Shown: in pieces, positions 54,662 to 64,000 of the stretch
Layout of the letters: the number at the start of each line of letters is the position of its first letter
Position numbering within the stretch: position 1 is the stretch's first letter
Origin: Candidatus Bathyarchaeota archaeon
GTDB taxonomy: Archaea; Thermoproteota; Bathyarchaeia; Bathyarchaeales; Bathycorpusculaceae
DNA length: 64,000 nt
Reading direction: 5' to 3'
Assembly: GCA_963702095.1 (NCBI GenBank)
Contig: OY969706.1
Location: 1,536,001 to 1,600,000, forward strand
Notes under the pieces: generated by a model
Databases searched by the model: none
The model's input: the letters and a program-made list of their open reading frames with translations, nothing else
Told to the model about the DNA's origin: nothing
Position numbers and translations under genes: made by a program

Positions 54662-55427
54662 ATGGCTAAACCGCTAAACAGAACCCCAGACTACGGCAAC
54701 TGGGTACCTAACAGACTAATCTACCCGACCGCCATATTAGGCGTCGTATCTTTCGGCCGCCGCATGCTTCTTTTTGCCCCTAATAGCGTTAACAGCGCTT
54801 TTCTGGGTTGTAGCCGCCTACTTTGCGTATGCACAATACTTGTTTTCTCCCAGCGGAGGAAACGTTCAGAACCAAATCTGGGAAACAGTCATTTCCAACT
54901 TGGACTGGAACGGGGAGGGAAAAGCACTAGACATCGGCTGCGGAAACGGCGCGTTAACCATGAAGGTTGCCCGCAGATTTCCAAGCGCCCAAGTCATAGG
55001 CATAGACTACTGGGGCGGAAGATGGGAATACTCCAAAAAAGTATGTGAAGCCAACGCCCAAGCCGAAGGCGTAAGTGGCAGAGTGGTGTTTGAGAAAGCC
55101 AGCGCTTCGAAGTTGCCTTTCAGCGACGGATACTTTGATGCTGCAGTAAGCAACATCTGCTTCCACGAAGTCACAGACGCCAAAGACAAACGGGAAATCA
55201 TCCGTGAAGCGCTAAGAGTGGTTAAGAAGGGAGGCAATTTCTCTTTCCAAGACCTGTTTCTGCTAAAGCAAGCCTACGGCGAAGTTGACAAACTGGTTGA
55301 GACCATAAAAAGTTGGGGTGTAGCCAGAGTTGAGTTTGTGGAGACAAACAACGCAGAGTTCATTCCCCAAGCGTTGAAGCTGCCGTTTATGGTTGGCAGA
55401 ATAGGGATAATTAAGGGAGAAAAATAG
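54662..55427 (+). pseudogene. Class I SAM-dependent methyltransferase with N-terminal TM, 1 frameshift
   Basis: PDYGNWVP in one frame; LDIGCGNG, GIDYW, LPF.DG.FD, FHEV in the other; shift near 54750. Confidence 0.8.
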
Positions 55428-55430
55428 CGG

Positions 55431-55859
55431 TTACTTCAGGTTGCCCTCAGACCAACGATAGAAGCTGGTCGGCGTGATTTTTATGATGGGCAAGTCACCT
55501 TCTTTCCAGCTGCCCTCTTCAGTCTGATACTCAGGAAACTTTTCTTTGAGCAGGTCGTGGGCATAGCGGTATTCTTCTCCGTTCCAGAGCAGTTCTGCCT
55601 CGCCCTGGATGCGAATGCCCTTAGTGATTGACCAGTTCTCGCGGTCATAGTCATCAATCACCAGCGAAACCTGTGGATTGGATTCGATGTGTTCCAGTTT
55701 AGGAGTGTCTGGGTCAGAGGCAATATAGAAGTAGACACCGTCAAAAACCGGCCACACTGGCCTAACGACGGGTTCACAGTCCTCCGTTGCTGTTGCTAAG
55801 CGCCCAACTGGCAATTTATGTATGAATGCTTTATCGGATTTTGACAGTTTGATTCCCAT
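55431..55859 (-). CDS. Pyridoxamine 5'-phosphate oxidase-like (PPOX, flavin/F420-binding) protein
   Basis: VGRLAT...P.VRPVW, K..HI..NP.VSLVIDDY, IRIQGEA. Confidence 0.85.
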   Translation of the reverse strand: MGIKLSKSDKAFIHKLPVGRLATATEDCEPVVRPVWPVFDGVYFYIASDPDTPKLEHIESNPQVSLVIDDYDRENWSITKGIRIQGEAELLWNGEEYRYAHDLLKEKFPEYQTEEGSWKEGDLPIIKITPTSFYRWSEGNLK

Positions 55860-55998
55860 TTAACCACCGACTTATAATCTGAATAAATGCAAGAGAATAG
55901 TTAATTTGGTCACCCTTTTAAAACTTAATGCTTGCGCTTTAACCTTTATGCTTTGTGAAACTACTTGTAAGGGCGTCGAGAAGCCAATGTTGCATGCA

Positions 55999-56799
55999 TC
56001 AACGTTTTTTCCCAAAAAGAACAACCACCGAAGCGGCGGCAATAACGATAAAGACGCAAACAGCAAACACCACCCCGAAAAGAACGCCGCCTTCGTTGAT
56101 GAGTTGGGTGTCTCCGCTTTGATGCAGAACAGCCTTAGGTGTAGACAAAACAGTGGATACTGGAACCATCAGGGATGTTGGTATCGGCTCGGGATTAACG
56201 ACAAAACATGTTCGCACGCTACTCAAGAAGTAACCTACCTGAAAATAGGGTTTCACTGATCCATCGGCTAAAGTCTTGTATTGCTCACAGTTCTCTGAAA
56301 AAGGCACCTCAGGTTTGGTTGGGCTTAATCCGTCTGACCCCAGAACCAGTATTACCCAATCCCCAGGCGTGGCTTCACAGTAGTAGAAACCTGCTGTGCT
56401 GGAACCGTTTTGAATAACAAGTGAGTTGCCTCCTTCTGAGGTGGGCAGTGGGAGATGAGAGAGATCGTAGAATTTGGCGGTGGTGGATTTTTGCGACAGG
56501 TTTTCTGCGGGTCTTGCCTCAACATAAATGGTGTTTTCCCAAGCGGTGAGTGCGGTTCCGTTTAGGTGTTGTCTTTGGATGATGATTAAGCATGAAAGTT
56601 CATTGTGCTGGAGGGTTTGGTTTGTGCCTGCTGTGAAGACGATTTTGCCGCCGTGCAGCAGGGGGTCGTTGAGGTCGCTGTAATCGATGTTTGGGGCAGC
56701 GTCAACCAACATAATGGTTGCCAGAGAAATTAATGACAAGATCAAGAAAGCCACAGTTAGTTTGGGAATTATGCCCGCTGTTGATGTTTTACGGGTCAT
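55999..56799 (-). CDS. Secreted/membrane-anchored hypothetical protein
   Basis: N-terminal signal, C-terminal TM followed by GKKR. Confidence 0.7.
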   Translation of the reverse strand: MTRKTSTAGIIPKLTVAFLILSLISLATIMLVDAAPNIDYSDLNDPLLHGGKIVFTAGTNQTLQHNELSCLIIIQRQHLNGTALTAWENTIYVEARPAENLSQKSTTAKFYDLSHLPLPTSEGGNSLVIQNGSSTAGFYYCEATPGDWVILVLGSDGLSPTKPEVPFSENCEQYKTLADGSVKPYFQVGYFLSSVRTCFVVNPEPIPTSLMVPVSTVLSTPKAVLHQSGDTQLINEGGVLFGVVFAVCVFIVIAAASVVVLFGKKR

Positions 56800-57010
56800 T
56801 GAAGATCCAAGTTGTGTGTTTAGAGGTCTTGCAATTTAAGATTTGCTAAATAACCAGATAAGCTGTAAATTAGAGGCATTCTTGGCAGTTGGGGCAAAGA
56901 AACACTTGTCCACCGCCAAAACTCAACTTCTCCACAGCCATACCGCACACCGGACAAAGTTGGCCTCTCATATTGGGTCCCATCACTGCTACATAGCTGC
57001 CCCGTTTGCC

Positions 57011-57529
57011 ATGGAGGTCAACAAACTGGTCCTTGCCGCCCAAACCTTCAGTGCCGGCGGTCAAGCGGTTGTGATTGCAAGTGATTCCCCAGTTTCAAAT
57101 TTCCAGTACGATTCATCGTGGCACAGCCTAGGCTTTCTTGCACAGGGAATCCCAGCCACCACAGGCACCTGCACGGTTACAGTTCCCAAAACGCTGATGC
57201 AAGCCCCGTTCACGGTAGCATCGGGCACGCAACCCTTGACAGTGACCACCCAAGAAAACGCCACCCCCTACCAGCTATCCTTTACCCACAGCCGAAACAC
57301 GGAGGCAATAAAGATAGCGGGTTCAGCGCCAGCGCCGACTTTGGCCTCAACTGGCACTCCAACCCAAACAACCTCGCCGTCACATGCCATATCAAACACT
57401 TCAACGCCGTCTCCATCCGTCCCAGAAATAGGCGCCATAGCAGTACCCATATTGGTCGCCGTCTTAGCCGCTGTTTTCGCCATTGCCGCCCTCTCAAGAA
57501 ACAGGAATAGCCTAAGTAAGCAACGGTAG
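57011..57529 (+). pseudogene. C-terminal module of a surface protein (VPEI-TM-basic tail), apparently 5'-truncated
   Basis: Similar to the C-terminal domain of 62334-63098 (S.S.V....F..S....G..GTTG...V.V.KTL); no signal peptide. Confidence 0.55.
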
Positions 57530-57628
57530 AATGCGCTTCTACGTTGAAGACTAAGGGGAGACCGCTGTTTATTTGCCCAGAAAACTTTAATTAAAGTACC
57601 TTGTATTGAAATGGCTGTAATGTGGCGT

Positions 57629-57715
57629 GCGGGATTCCCCAAGCCTGGTATGGGCAGGCCTGCTAAGTCTGTGGTCGAAGTGGCCGCGTGGGTTCAATTC
57701 CCACATCCCGCGCCA
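57629..57715 (+). tRNA. tRNA-Ser(GCT)
   Basis: GCGGGAT/ATCCCGC acceptor, CAGGC-CTGCTAA-GTCTG anticodon arm, long variable arm, GGTTCAATTCC, G73, CCA. Confidence 0.9.
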
Positions 57716-58068
57716 ATTTTTTACTTCCAAATTTGACCAATCATTTTCTTGCCCTTACTTCCAGGTGACAACGTGTTGCCTAACGAATTATCAGAAGAAT
57801 CTGCACCAACACTACTGTAACCCTGGGCTAGAAAGTCGCCAAACGTACAAAAAATTTACATGCTCCTTGCAAAGACTAACTAACATTCAGGGGTTCCTCA
57901 ATTCCCCTTAATTGCAAATTATTCAACGACAAAACTTAAAAAGTTAAAACAATCAAAGGAATATTTGGTTATCGAAATGTCTAAAAAACCTTTGGCTATC
58001 GGTATCACCGTTGCACTATCAATTTTAGACCATGAAAGAACAACGGAAATCTTAAGAAGATCAGATAA

Positions 58069-59424
58069 TTGTGGGCGGTTCGTCGTTTGAATAGGCTCAC
58101 GGTGACAAGCATAGAGGTTGCGGCTAACAGATTAACAATTAACTTTGAGTGCAAGGGGCAAATACGCAAATTATTCAACGAAACCCAGTTTATAGTTGAA
58201 TACGATACTTCACTACAAGAAGTTCCTGAAGCTGTGTTAATAATACCATTTCTTGCAACGGTTGCTCCGATAGCATGGGCAAATCAAGCTAATGTCTTTG
58301 TTAAAAATGTAGACGCAACCTTTTACCAATCGCTTGAACTTGTTAGGAAGACCTTGGAAAGATTTTACCCCAAAATGGAATTTAACGGGAAAATTTACGC
58401 AGAAAATGTCGTATTCCTGCCAACTACTAACCAAACAAGAAAAATGGCGCTGTTTTCGGGAGGACTTGACTCTTTAGCTACTTTTGTCAGACATCAAAAA
58501 GAGAATCCTATTCTTGTTTCTGTTCTGGATGCCCCCCTTGTTGCCAAACGTCGGCTTTCACCAAATTATAGACATTTGAACGTTAATTCCGAAAACATTA
58601 AGCGATTATTTAATTCGATTAAACCTGAAATCGGAATAATAATAAGTAATTGGATGAATATCCCTAACCTTTTTGCACTCAGAATATATGAACAAAAACT
58701 ATCAGGCGAATGGTACATGCGTATCATGCACGGATTAGCATTCATAGGCCTTTGTGCCCCACTCGCATTCGTTGAGAAGGTAGACAAACTATACATTGCT
58801 TCCTCCTTCACTGCTGATGCACAAATACCCTGGGGATCTCACCCAGATATCGATAACAAGGTTAAATGGGCAGGAACAAGCATTGAACATGACGGATATG
58901 AACTAAGTCGACAAGAGAAAATGTTCCTCATCGCCGACTATATTCAAAAATATGAGCCCACGCTCCAAATTACAGCCTGCAATGCCACCCCTCGCAACAG
59001 CCGAACTATCGGCAGAAACTGCAATGTTTGTGAGAAATGCAACAGAACAATTTTAGGACTTGAAATTGCCGGAATAAACCCAAATGAACATGGCTATCTG
59101 GTTAGCGCAGAAACTTTCTCACAAATGAGGAAAAAAATCGAAAGTGGAGCCTGGCTATTTGGAGATGACGAAATATACATGTGGACTGACCTTCAGAAAT
59201 ATGGGAACACACCCCAAAACCTCCAAAATCTTCCCCACCAAGAAGCCCAAGCTTTCTTGGATTGGCTAAGAAAAATAAATGTTGAGAGTTTAAGGTCAAA
59301 GGATAATAACAAAATGCGCATAGACCAACGCTTCATTGTGCTTCCCTATCCAGTTCTAAAATTAACGGAGAAGCTGTATCACTTATCGAGGTTATGGCTA
59401 ACACGCCTTAATATACATGTATAA
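58069..59424 (+). CDS. PP-loop (SGGLDS) protein with Cys cluster, likely glycan-modification related
   Basis: FSGGLDS, WGSHP.ID, EHDG.ELSR.EK, C...NCNVCEKC.RT; AT-rich. Confidence 0.7.
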   Translation: MWAVRRLNRLTVTSIEVAANRLTINFECKGQIRKLFNETQFIVEYDTSLQEVPEAVLIIPFLATVAPIAWANQANVFVKNVDATFYQSLELVRKTLERFYPKMEFNGKIYAENVVFLPTTNQTRKMALFSGGLDSLATFVRHQKENPILVSVLDAPLVAKRRLSPNYRHLNVNSENIKRLFNSIKPEIGIIISNWMNIPNLFALRIYEQKLSGEWYMRIMHGLAFIGLCAPLAFVEKVDKLYIASSFTADAQIPWGSHPDIDNKVKWAGTSIEHDGYELSRQEKMFLIADYIQKYEPTLQITACNATPRNSRTIGRNCNVCEKCNRTILGLEIAGINPNEHGYLVSAETFSQMRKKIESGAWLFGDDEIYMWTDLQKYGNTPQNLQNLPHQEAQAFLDWLRKINVESLRSKDNNKMRIDQRFIVLPYPVLKLTEKLYHLSRLWLTRLNIHV

Positions 59425-59489
59425 GGTATGGCAATACGCTTCTTTGGAAGGGAAAAATTCGAAGATAGTTATAGTCTTATGCTGATTTC

Positions 59490-61358
59490 TTATTCTACAG
59501 GTACTGTGATAGGATTAATATTCTCGGGGTCAATATAAATTTGGAACCAGATTTCCAGAGTTAAGACCATCCAAAAGAATTGTGAAACATTGTATTCGTT
59601 TGCTGGATCAAAGTTGCCGCTACACAACATGTCGTAGGTTCTTGAGAGTTCCTTTTGATTGAATATTCCTCTATTCTTGAATTTGTCGGACGACAAGATT
59701 TCAAGGATTTCTAGACGAAAACTCTTAACCCATTCGACTACTGGAGCAGAGCTACCAAATTTCCGTCTGGACTTACGAACAGCTTCCGGTATCAACCCTT
59801 TAACTGCCTGTCTCAAAACAAATTTAGTTACCCCTCTTTTAATCTTCTGTCCATCCGGCAATGACATATTAAAAAGCATGAATTCCGTGTCTATACAAGG
59901 ATACCGCGGTTCAATGGAAAAAGCTGAGAAAAGCCTATCCTGAGCTTGCAAAATCTCTGTAATGGTTCCAATCGTTCGGTCAACCTGTGATTCTTCTGTT
60001 CGAGCAAAATTCTCAGTAATACGTGCATGGGCTATGTATTCTTGGTTTAAAAATTGTGTTTCTTTTCGTGTTCTTGTCGTTCTAAGTAACCTTACTTGGT
60101 TAGCTATCTTCCCAAAAGTTATGTAAGACAAATCCTGATGCACTATCATTCCTAATACTTCGATTAAAAATCTTCCAACATTTCTTTTTTGCCAAAGGAG
60201 TCTTAGATACTCATTCCTCTCAACGTCCCCACCAAGATATGTATCCATTCCAGTTCCCAAGAAAGCCACTTTTGCACGTTCGTTCCCCAACGCCCTGGCT
60301 AAACATAATGACATATAAGCACTCTCAAGGTGGTAGGGTTCTTCCAAACAAAAAACCAATCTCTCTAACTCTTCCCGTCCAAGTGATTGAGGAAGGTTTA
60401 CATACTTTATCTCGTTTTTCCGAAATCGTTCGTATTCTCTGATGTAGGGTTCCTCATTTACGCCTTTGGAGCCGCCTGTACTGATAGCTGAAACCAATGT
60501 TTGTCTTCCAACATGATTTGTTGTTTCAAGTTCATCTGAAATCAAAGAAGCAATAGCTTGGCTATCGATGCCTCCACTTGTGCATGTTCCAAACTGCACC
60601 TCGTTAGGCATCATTTTCTTTGTTGTATGGCTTAATTTATCTAAGAAAAGCGAGGAGTAGTTGTATTTGCCCTGTTTTGGCGCTGGTGGAGAGGGGAGAT
60701 GCCAGTACTCAACAACTTCGGGCTTGTTTTCCTCTAAAGTGAAAACCGCATAATATCCAGGCAACACTTCTTTTATCTGGGCAAAGTAAGTGTCACCGCT
60801 CCTGAAATGGTAACGCTGTATTAGGTATCTGCATAACAGATCATGGTTGGGTTTGCGGGGGATTGTTTGGTCCATAAAAATGGCTTTTATCTCAGATGCC
60901 AACACACAACTATTGCCGTTTGTCGTATAAAATAGTGGCTTACTTCCGAATCGGTCTCGGACAGCAAACAACTTTTCCTGTGTTGAATCCCATATGCAGA
61001 AGGCAAAGACGCCGTCTAACTGTTTCAAGCAATCTACTCCATTGGTTTCATAGGCTTTTAAGATGAGTTCGGCATCGGAGTAAAATGTAGGTGTGTCTTT
61101 ATCAAGCTGTTCTTTGAGCTCACAGTTGTTGTATAGTGTTCCGTCAAGGGTGATCCATATGGTTTTTTTCTTGTTGCAAAGTGGCTGGTGAACGATTTTG
61201 GAGCCTTTGTAAGATGCGACGTTTCCTATGGCTATTTCTGAATCTACAAACCAGCCAGAATCGTCTGGTCCTCGATGTTTGAGCGCGTGACACATTTTGC
61301 GTATTGACTCGTTGGACCTGACTGAATCATACCCTAAAAGAGCGACAACACCACTCAA
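59490..61358 (-). CDS. Asparagine synthetase B-like amidotransferase
   Basis: HRGPD, LDG.FAF.IWD, RDRFG.KPLFY, ASEIKA, SGGIDS, EPRYP, KFVLR; probable TTG start at 61358 after GGTG. Confidence 0.85.
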   Translation of the reverse strand: MSGVVALLGYDSVRSNESIRKMCHALKHRGPDDSGWFVDSEIAIGNVASYKGSKIVHQPLCNKKKTIWITLDGTLYNNCELKEQLDKDTPTFYSDAELILKAYETNGVDCLKQLDGVFAFCIWDSTQEKLFAVRDRFGSKPLFYTTNGNSCVLASEIKAIFMDQTIPRKPNHDLLCRYLIQRYHFRSGDTYFAQIKEVLPGYYAVFTLEENKPEVVEYWHLPSPPAPKQGKYNYSSLFLDKLSHTTKKMMPNEVQFGTCTSGGIDSQAIASLISDELETTNHVGRQTLVSAISTGGSKGVNEEPYIREYERFRKNEIKYVNLPQSLGREELERLVFCLEEPYHLESAYMSLCLARALGNERAKVAFLGTGMDTYLGGDVERNEYLRLLWQKRNVGRFLIEVLGMIVHQDLSYITFGKIANQVRLLRTTRTRKETQFLNQEYIAHARITENFARTEESQVDRTIGTITEILQAQDRLFSAFSIEPRYPCIDTEFMLFNMSLPDGQKIKRGVTKFVLRQAVKGLIPEAVRKSRRKFGSSAPVVEWVKSFRLEILEILSSDKFKNRGIFNQKELSRTYDMLCSGNFDPANEYNVSQFFWMVLTLEIWFQIYIDPENINPITVPVE

Positions 61359-61715
61359 ACATGGCACCAGTCGTATTTTTCATATTCAGCAATTTAAATA
61401 TTATGTATCATCCATCAATAAGTCTAAATTTAAACTAAAGTCAAATATATAATATTTAATATTTTAAATTTCTCAAATTGCTATTTCGATTTGTGGCATA
61501 CCAGCACCTCCAAGCAATTAACAATTTCTACGATTGCGGGTAAGTATTTCATGCACTAACTCGTTGGCAATAATACTATTAAGCCGTGGACTTGGTTTGC
61601 TTAATACCACTTTCCGTTCAGCCTCAAACTGTTCACCGCTAACTCAAATAAAAAGGCTTTTGATTGAAGTGCATTTAGTTCCCTTCTTTAATAACTATGC
61701 ACCCTAAGAAAAATT

Positions 61716-62162
61716 TTAAGCACCATTGATTTCAGCTATTTCTTTCTTTAGTGCTTCTAACTCGATTTCTATGTCAATCTGCCTAACTCTTAAGTCGTTT
61801 TTGCCTTTGGATAGATTATCATCGATATAGTTTCTTTTGCTTCTTATCTGCCTCAAATAATGGTGCAAAATCAACCCCAAAATACAGACGGTTATGACTA
61901 AAACAGTCGTGCTAATGTATAAGAGCCCATAATTTAGGCTGGACAGGCTGTCAAAAAAGGCATAAAGAAATTGCGCAAAGATGTTTCCGACTATACCTAT
62001 GGCTAAGCCTAAAATTAATCCCCTTGAAACCTCTATTTTCTTTACGCCTTCGGTTTCCAGCATTTCTATTCTTTCAAGTATGCTGTTGTTGAACTCTTCC
62101 TCTTTTTTTAGGCGCTGTATCTTCAGTTCGATTTCTTCTTTTCTTACCTTTGTAGAAGCCAT
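61716..62162 (-). CDS. Hypothetical 2-TM coiled-coil protein
   Basis: Charged helices flanking two hydrophobic segments. Confidence 0.65.
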   Translation of the reverse strand: MASTKVRKEEIELKIQRLKKEEEFNNSILERIEMLETEGVKKIEVSRGLILGLAIGIVGNIFAQFLYAFFDSLSSLNYGLLYISTTVLVITVCILGLILHHYLRQIRSKRNYIDDNLSKGKNDLRVRQIDIEIELEALKKEIAEINGA

Positions 62163-62274
62163 AGTTTGCCATATTATTAACCTTCGGCGCTTATTTTTTT
62201 CTTCGCTTGCAGGGTAACCAATCGAGGCTTATCAATCTAACAAAAATATTGAAAAACAACGTGCCAAATTTTTG

Positions 62275-62304
62275 GGTGACTACAAAACAGGAAATGTAGT
62301 CACC
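62275..62304 (-). terminator. 10-bp perfect hairpin
   Basis: GGTGACTACA-n10-TGTAGTCACC, 30 bp past the stop at 62334. Confidence 0.5.
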
Positions 62305-62333
62305 TAAACAAAAACCGATGCGTAAGCTGGGCT

Positions 62334-63710
62334 TCAACGTTTTTTGCGCAACAAAACCAGCGCCGCCGCCACAACTGCCACCGCCGCCAACGCAGCCGCT
62401 GCAATCAGCAAAGCTTCCTGCGGCAATTCGGGGGCTGGTTCAGGCGTAGCCGTATGGGATCCTGTTGTGTTGCTTGTTAAGTCAAATTCTATGTTGTGGC
62501 TGCTGTGGTGATATGTGAAATGTAGTATCCAACTGTCCGCTGTAGAGGAAACGGTGTAGCTTGCGGGGTTGCCGTCGATGTAGGCTTGGATTGTTGAAGC
62601 GTCATCTACAAGGGTTTTGCTGACACAAACATCGACATAGCCGGTTGTTCCAGTCTCTCCTGTTACAGAGAAGCTCAACTGTGCATCAGCCGAGTTAAAC
62701 GCTAAATCCGCCACAGTAGAGTTGGAATCCACTGAAAATACAGTTTGCGATTGATTGCCGCTTGAGGGTGTGATGAGAACGGAGATAGCTTTGAATACGA
62801 AGCTGGTTGTTGAACTTCCCCAGTAAGTTGCGTTAATTAGATAGTTGCCTTGAAGTGAAGGTGACCAATCAACTGAGTAGCTTCCAGTGGCGGAAGTGGT
62901 TGTTGAGCCAATAGAATGCCCTTCTGTTTCGCCGATTTGTCTATATGAAAAGTCTATGGTTGCTTGAGGTATACTGGCGCCGTAAACTGTTAGATCGCCG
63001 AAAACTTGCACTTTGCCATCGGAGTCTCCGCTTTGACAGTTAACCGTTAACGTTGACATTCCAGGATGTGAAGCATCAACAGATGGTGCAGGCATCACAG
63101 AGGCTGTGCCCTGTCCCGAAGCGTAAATTGCAACAACCTCATTATCAATGTATTGTATTGAACTGACGGTTCAAGGGAATGTTATGTCGTTTAAGCTGCC
63201 CCTCGCCCTTTGGACCGATTGATTAGTCCTATCGTTGTCTACAAGAATGTTTGGACCATGGACAATCACAGCTAACCAGTATGTGCCAGCCTGCAGAGAT
63301 ATTGGGGACGCGAAGTTTAGCGTTTGGAAATCATCCAGTGTTAATGGAAGTTGGTCATCCGCTTGTTTGCTGACGGTACCCACTTCTGTTTGACCAATCA
63401 GTTCTCCTACTTGTCAGTTGCTGTCGCCATAAATTGCAAATCGGTAAGTGCTGTCTCCTCCCTGTTCGTTAATAGAATACCCGATGTACATTTGGCATGA
63501 CATAGAAGTGACTGTTGCAGCATCGTTGAGTTGGAAGTTTGAGCCCGAAAAACTGTATGCGTCTCCGGTTCCATCTGCGCCATGAGCCAAATAGGGATAA
63601 CCAAGGATGGGTTTATCGCTCTGCGCAGAGGTAACTTGTAGAGTTCCAACTGCTATTGGCAATGTAATCAGGATAATCAAGGAAACCGCTAGAGGTAAAT
63701 GCTTATTCAA
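62334..63710 (-). pseudogene. Surface protein (signal peptide, Ig-like domains, APEL-TM-RKKR) interrupted by two in-frame TGA codons
   Basis: ORFs 63414-63710, 63171-63383 and 62334-63098 lie in the same frame; TGA at 63414-63416 and 63171-63173; GAGGAGG upstream of the TTG start. Confidence 0.75.
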
Positions 63711-63808
63711 GCGTGTGTAGCCTCCTCAGTGTCTGGGGCAAGGTTTGTTATACAGTTTACTGATATGAAATGTTATCAGAGCTTACATAGTGCAAGCGGA
63801 TGTCCCCG

Positions 63809-64000
63809 CTATTTGGTTTGCTTCTCCAACGGCAACCGAACAATAAACGTTGTGCCCTCTCCCACGCGGCTCTCAAAGGTTATTTCGCCATCCAGCATTT
63901 CAACCAGGCGTTTCACAACAGCCAACCCTAAACCTTGACCCTTCGCCTTGGTCGTAAACAAAGGCTTAAACAAGTTGGGTTTTGCCTCCTCAGAGATGCC
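63809..64000 (-). CDS. C-terminal end of a sensor histidine kinase (HATPase_c)
   Basis: Manual translation GISEEAKPNLFKPLFTTKAKGQGLGLAVVKRLVEMLDGEITFESRVGEGTTFIVRLP..stop. Confidence 0.88.
   Translation of the reverse strand, partial: GISEEAKPNLFKPLFTTKAKGQGLGLAVVKRLVEMLDGEITFESRVGEGTTFIVRLPLEKQTK

Noticed and set aside
57716-62330. tRNA-Ser-integrated mobile element
   Set aside because: No integrase and no duplicated tRNA 3' end were found within the window
62334-63710. Genome-wide UGA recoding or selenoprotein
   Set aside because: TGA ends several normal genes here (e.g. at 8959, 12293, 31400), and the interrupted positions are not in Cys-like redox motifs

Overview
Archaeal chromosomal window. 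Crenarchaeal-type SSB, cohesin/dockerin and PEF-CTERM-like surface proteins, TATA promoters and an intron-containing tRNA-Trp suggest a Bathyarchaeia-like TACK archaeon (inference, no marker search run). Housekeeping and metabolic genes include a non-oxidative pentose phosphate cluster with an Rpe-transketolase fusion, hisS, glnA, nadA, mdh, pyrB, aguA/aguB, malic enzyme, ssb, nrdR-nrdD-nrdG and a 2-oxoacid:ferredoxin oxidoreductase. There are two tRNAs, several AT-rich accessory islets and many disrupted accessory genes. Top candidates for undescribed biology: (1) a 738-aa winged-HTH + ATP-cone + class III RNR fusion lacking the catalytic cysteines and the glycyl-radical glycine, a probable nucleotide-sensing pseudoenzyme transcription factor that coexists with an intact NrdR-controlled nrdDG operon; (2) a divergent dockerin / membrane-anchored wHTH sensor / cohesin-PEF-CTERM module with 10-bp-phased candidate operator repeats; (3) two families of dispersed, structured intergenic repeats; (4) a tandem double bacterioferritin; (5) a tRNA-Trp intron with a partly degenerate self-guiding C/D box RNA. 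No CRISPR array, rRNA, transposase or integrase was seen.
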